Shown here piece by piece: positions 63,391-64,000 of a stretch of 64,000 bases of DNA (the stretch's first letter is position 1; every line of letters starts with the position of its first letter). Position numbers and translations under genes: made by a program. The notes beneath the pieces are model-generated. The model was given only the letters and a program-made list of their open reading frames with translations, did no database searches and had not been told where the DNA came from. Origin of the DNA: Laetmonice hystrix (taxonomy: Eukaryota); assembly GCA_965235115.1 (NCBI GenBank), contig OZ249436.1, positions 43,834,001 through 43,898,000 of the forward strand, given 5' to 3'.

Positions 63391-63648
63391 ACCAGCTGAG
63401 ACCAGGGTTTGTAAACTGAATACACAGAAACCATCTCTACAGGACTGTATCATGTATGGTTCAGAGTTCAGCGGTCAGCTGTCGGTCTGAATAATATCGG
63501 AAACAGCTGAATGCAGCAATGCAGCATGAAGTTATGAAATGATATTAATGAAATGGTCGAATGTGTATTATGTATGTACACATTCCTGACTGTAGGCGTA
63601 GGGAGGGAACCGGGGTCGTATAGATCACGTGGACTTGATGTGACCGAC

Positions 63649-63654
63649 AATAAA
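63649..63654 (+). terminator. Candidate polyadenylation signal (AATAAA)
   Basis: AATAAA ~260 nt after the stop codon, followed by a GT-rich tract. The UTR could extend further. Confidence 0.3.
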
Positions 63655-64000
63655 CGTGTATGGTATAGTTTGGTGGTCAGGCCAAGCTGGCACAGCTGGC
63701 TTCTAGCACAAATCGAATGCTGCAGAGAGGTGGAATTGTTTGGATTTGATCGATTCTGTTCGTATACTGACAAACTGTCTGAATATTTCTCAGTGCTAGA
63801 TACGTGTGCCGAGTTGTTCCTAACTTCACGATTTAGTGGCGAATTGGGCAACGGATATGTTTCTTGGAAATTCAAGTATTAAGTCAACCAGAATAGAATG
63901 TATATTTTTTTCTGAATCAGAAAACTGTTTGCACTTGATATGATTTTTCTATTATAGACAAGGGATCCTAAGTAAACGATTTATTGTTCTGCCAGTTGGC

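Overview
Eukaryotic (animal, most likely a marine invertebrate; the species cannot be determined from the sequence) genomic DNA with two N gaps. The window holds the 3' part of one large + strand gene encoding a multi-PDZ scaffold of the PDZD2 / pro-interleukin-16 family. I reconstruct five phase-consistent GT-AG exons: 22303-26861, 39375-39535, 54026-58093, 60359-60823 and 63233-63390. They total 9411 nt, i.e. 3136 aa plus stop; the 5' part of the gene was not found. The 161-nt exon at 39375 is absent from the ORF track but completes a PDZ domain split by a 12.5-kb intron. The protein has three PDZ domains (one partial) separated by ~1400-1500 aa low-complexity linkers encoded by two giant exons. 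The non-coding DNA is unusually rich in minisatellites: about 30 arrays, roughly 22 kb, each with its own unit of 19-113 bp. It also carries a family of short CAG(G/T)GGCGGATCCAG...CTGGATCCGCCCCTG inverted-repeat elements, tRNA-derived SINE pieces and a 53-bp foldback. Nearly all other ORFs in the track are by-products of tandem repeats or antisense shadows of exons. There is no CRISPR array, rRNA or intact tRNA. No new biological system is demonstrated. The best leads are testable splicing hypotheses (a frame-preserving 4-kb exon that sets PDZ spacing, and minisatellites built from splice-site-like units), IL-16-like hallmarks in the C-terminal PDZ, and a minisatellite apparently seeded at a retroposon insertion site.
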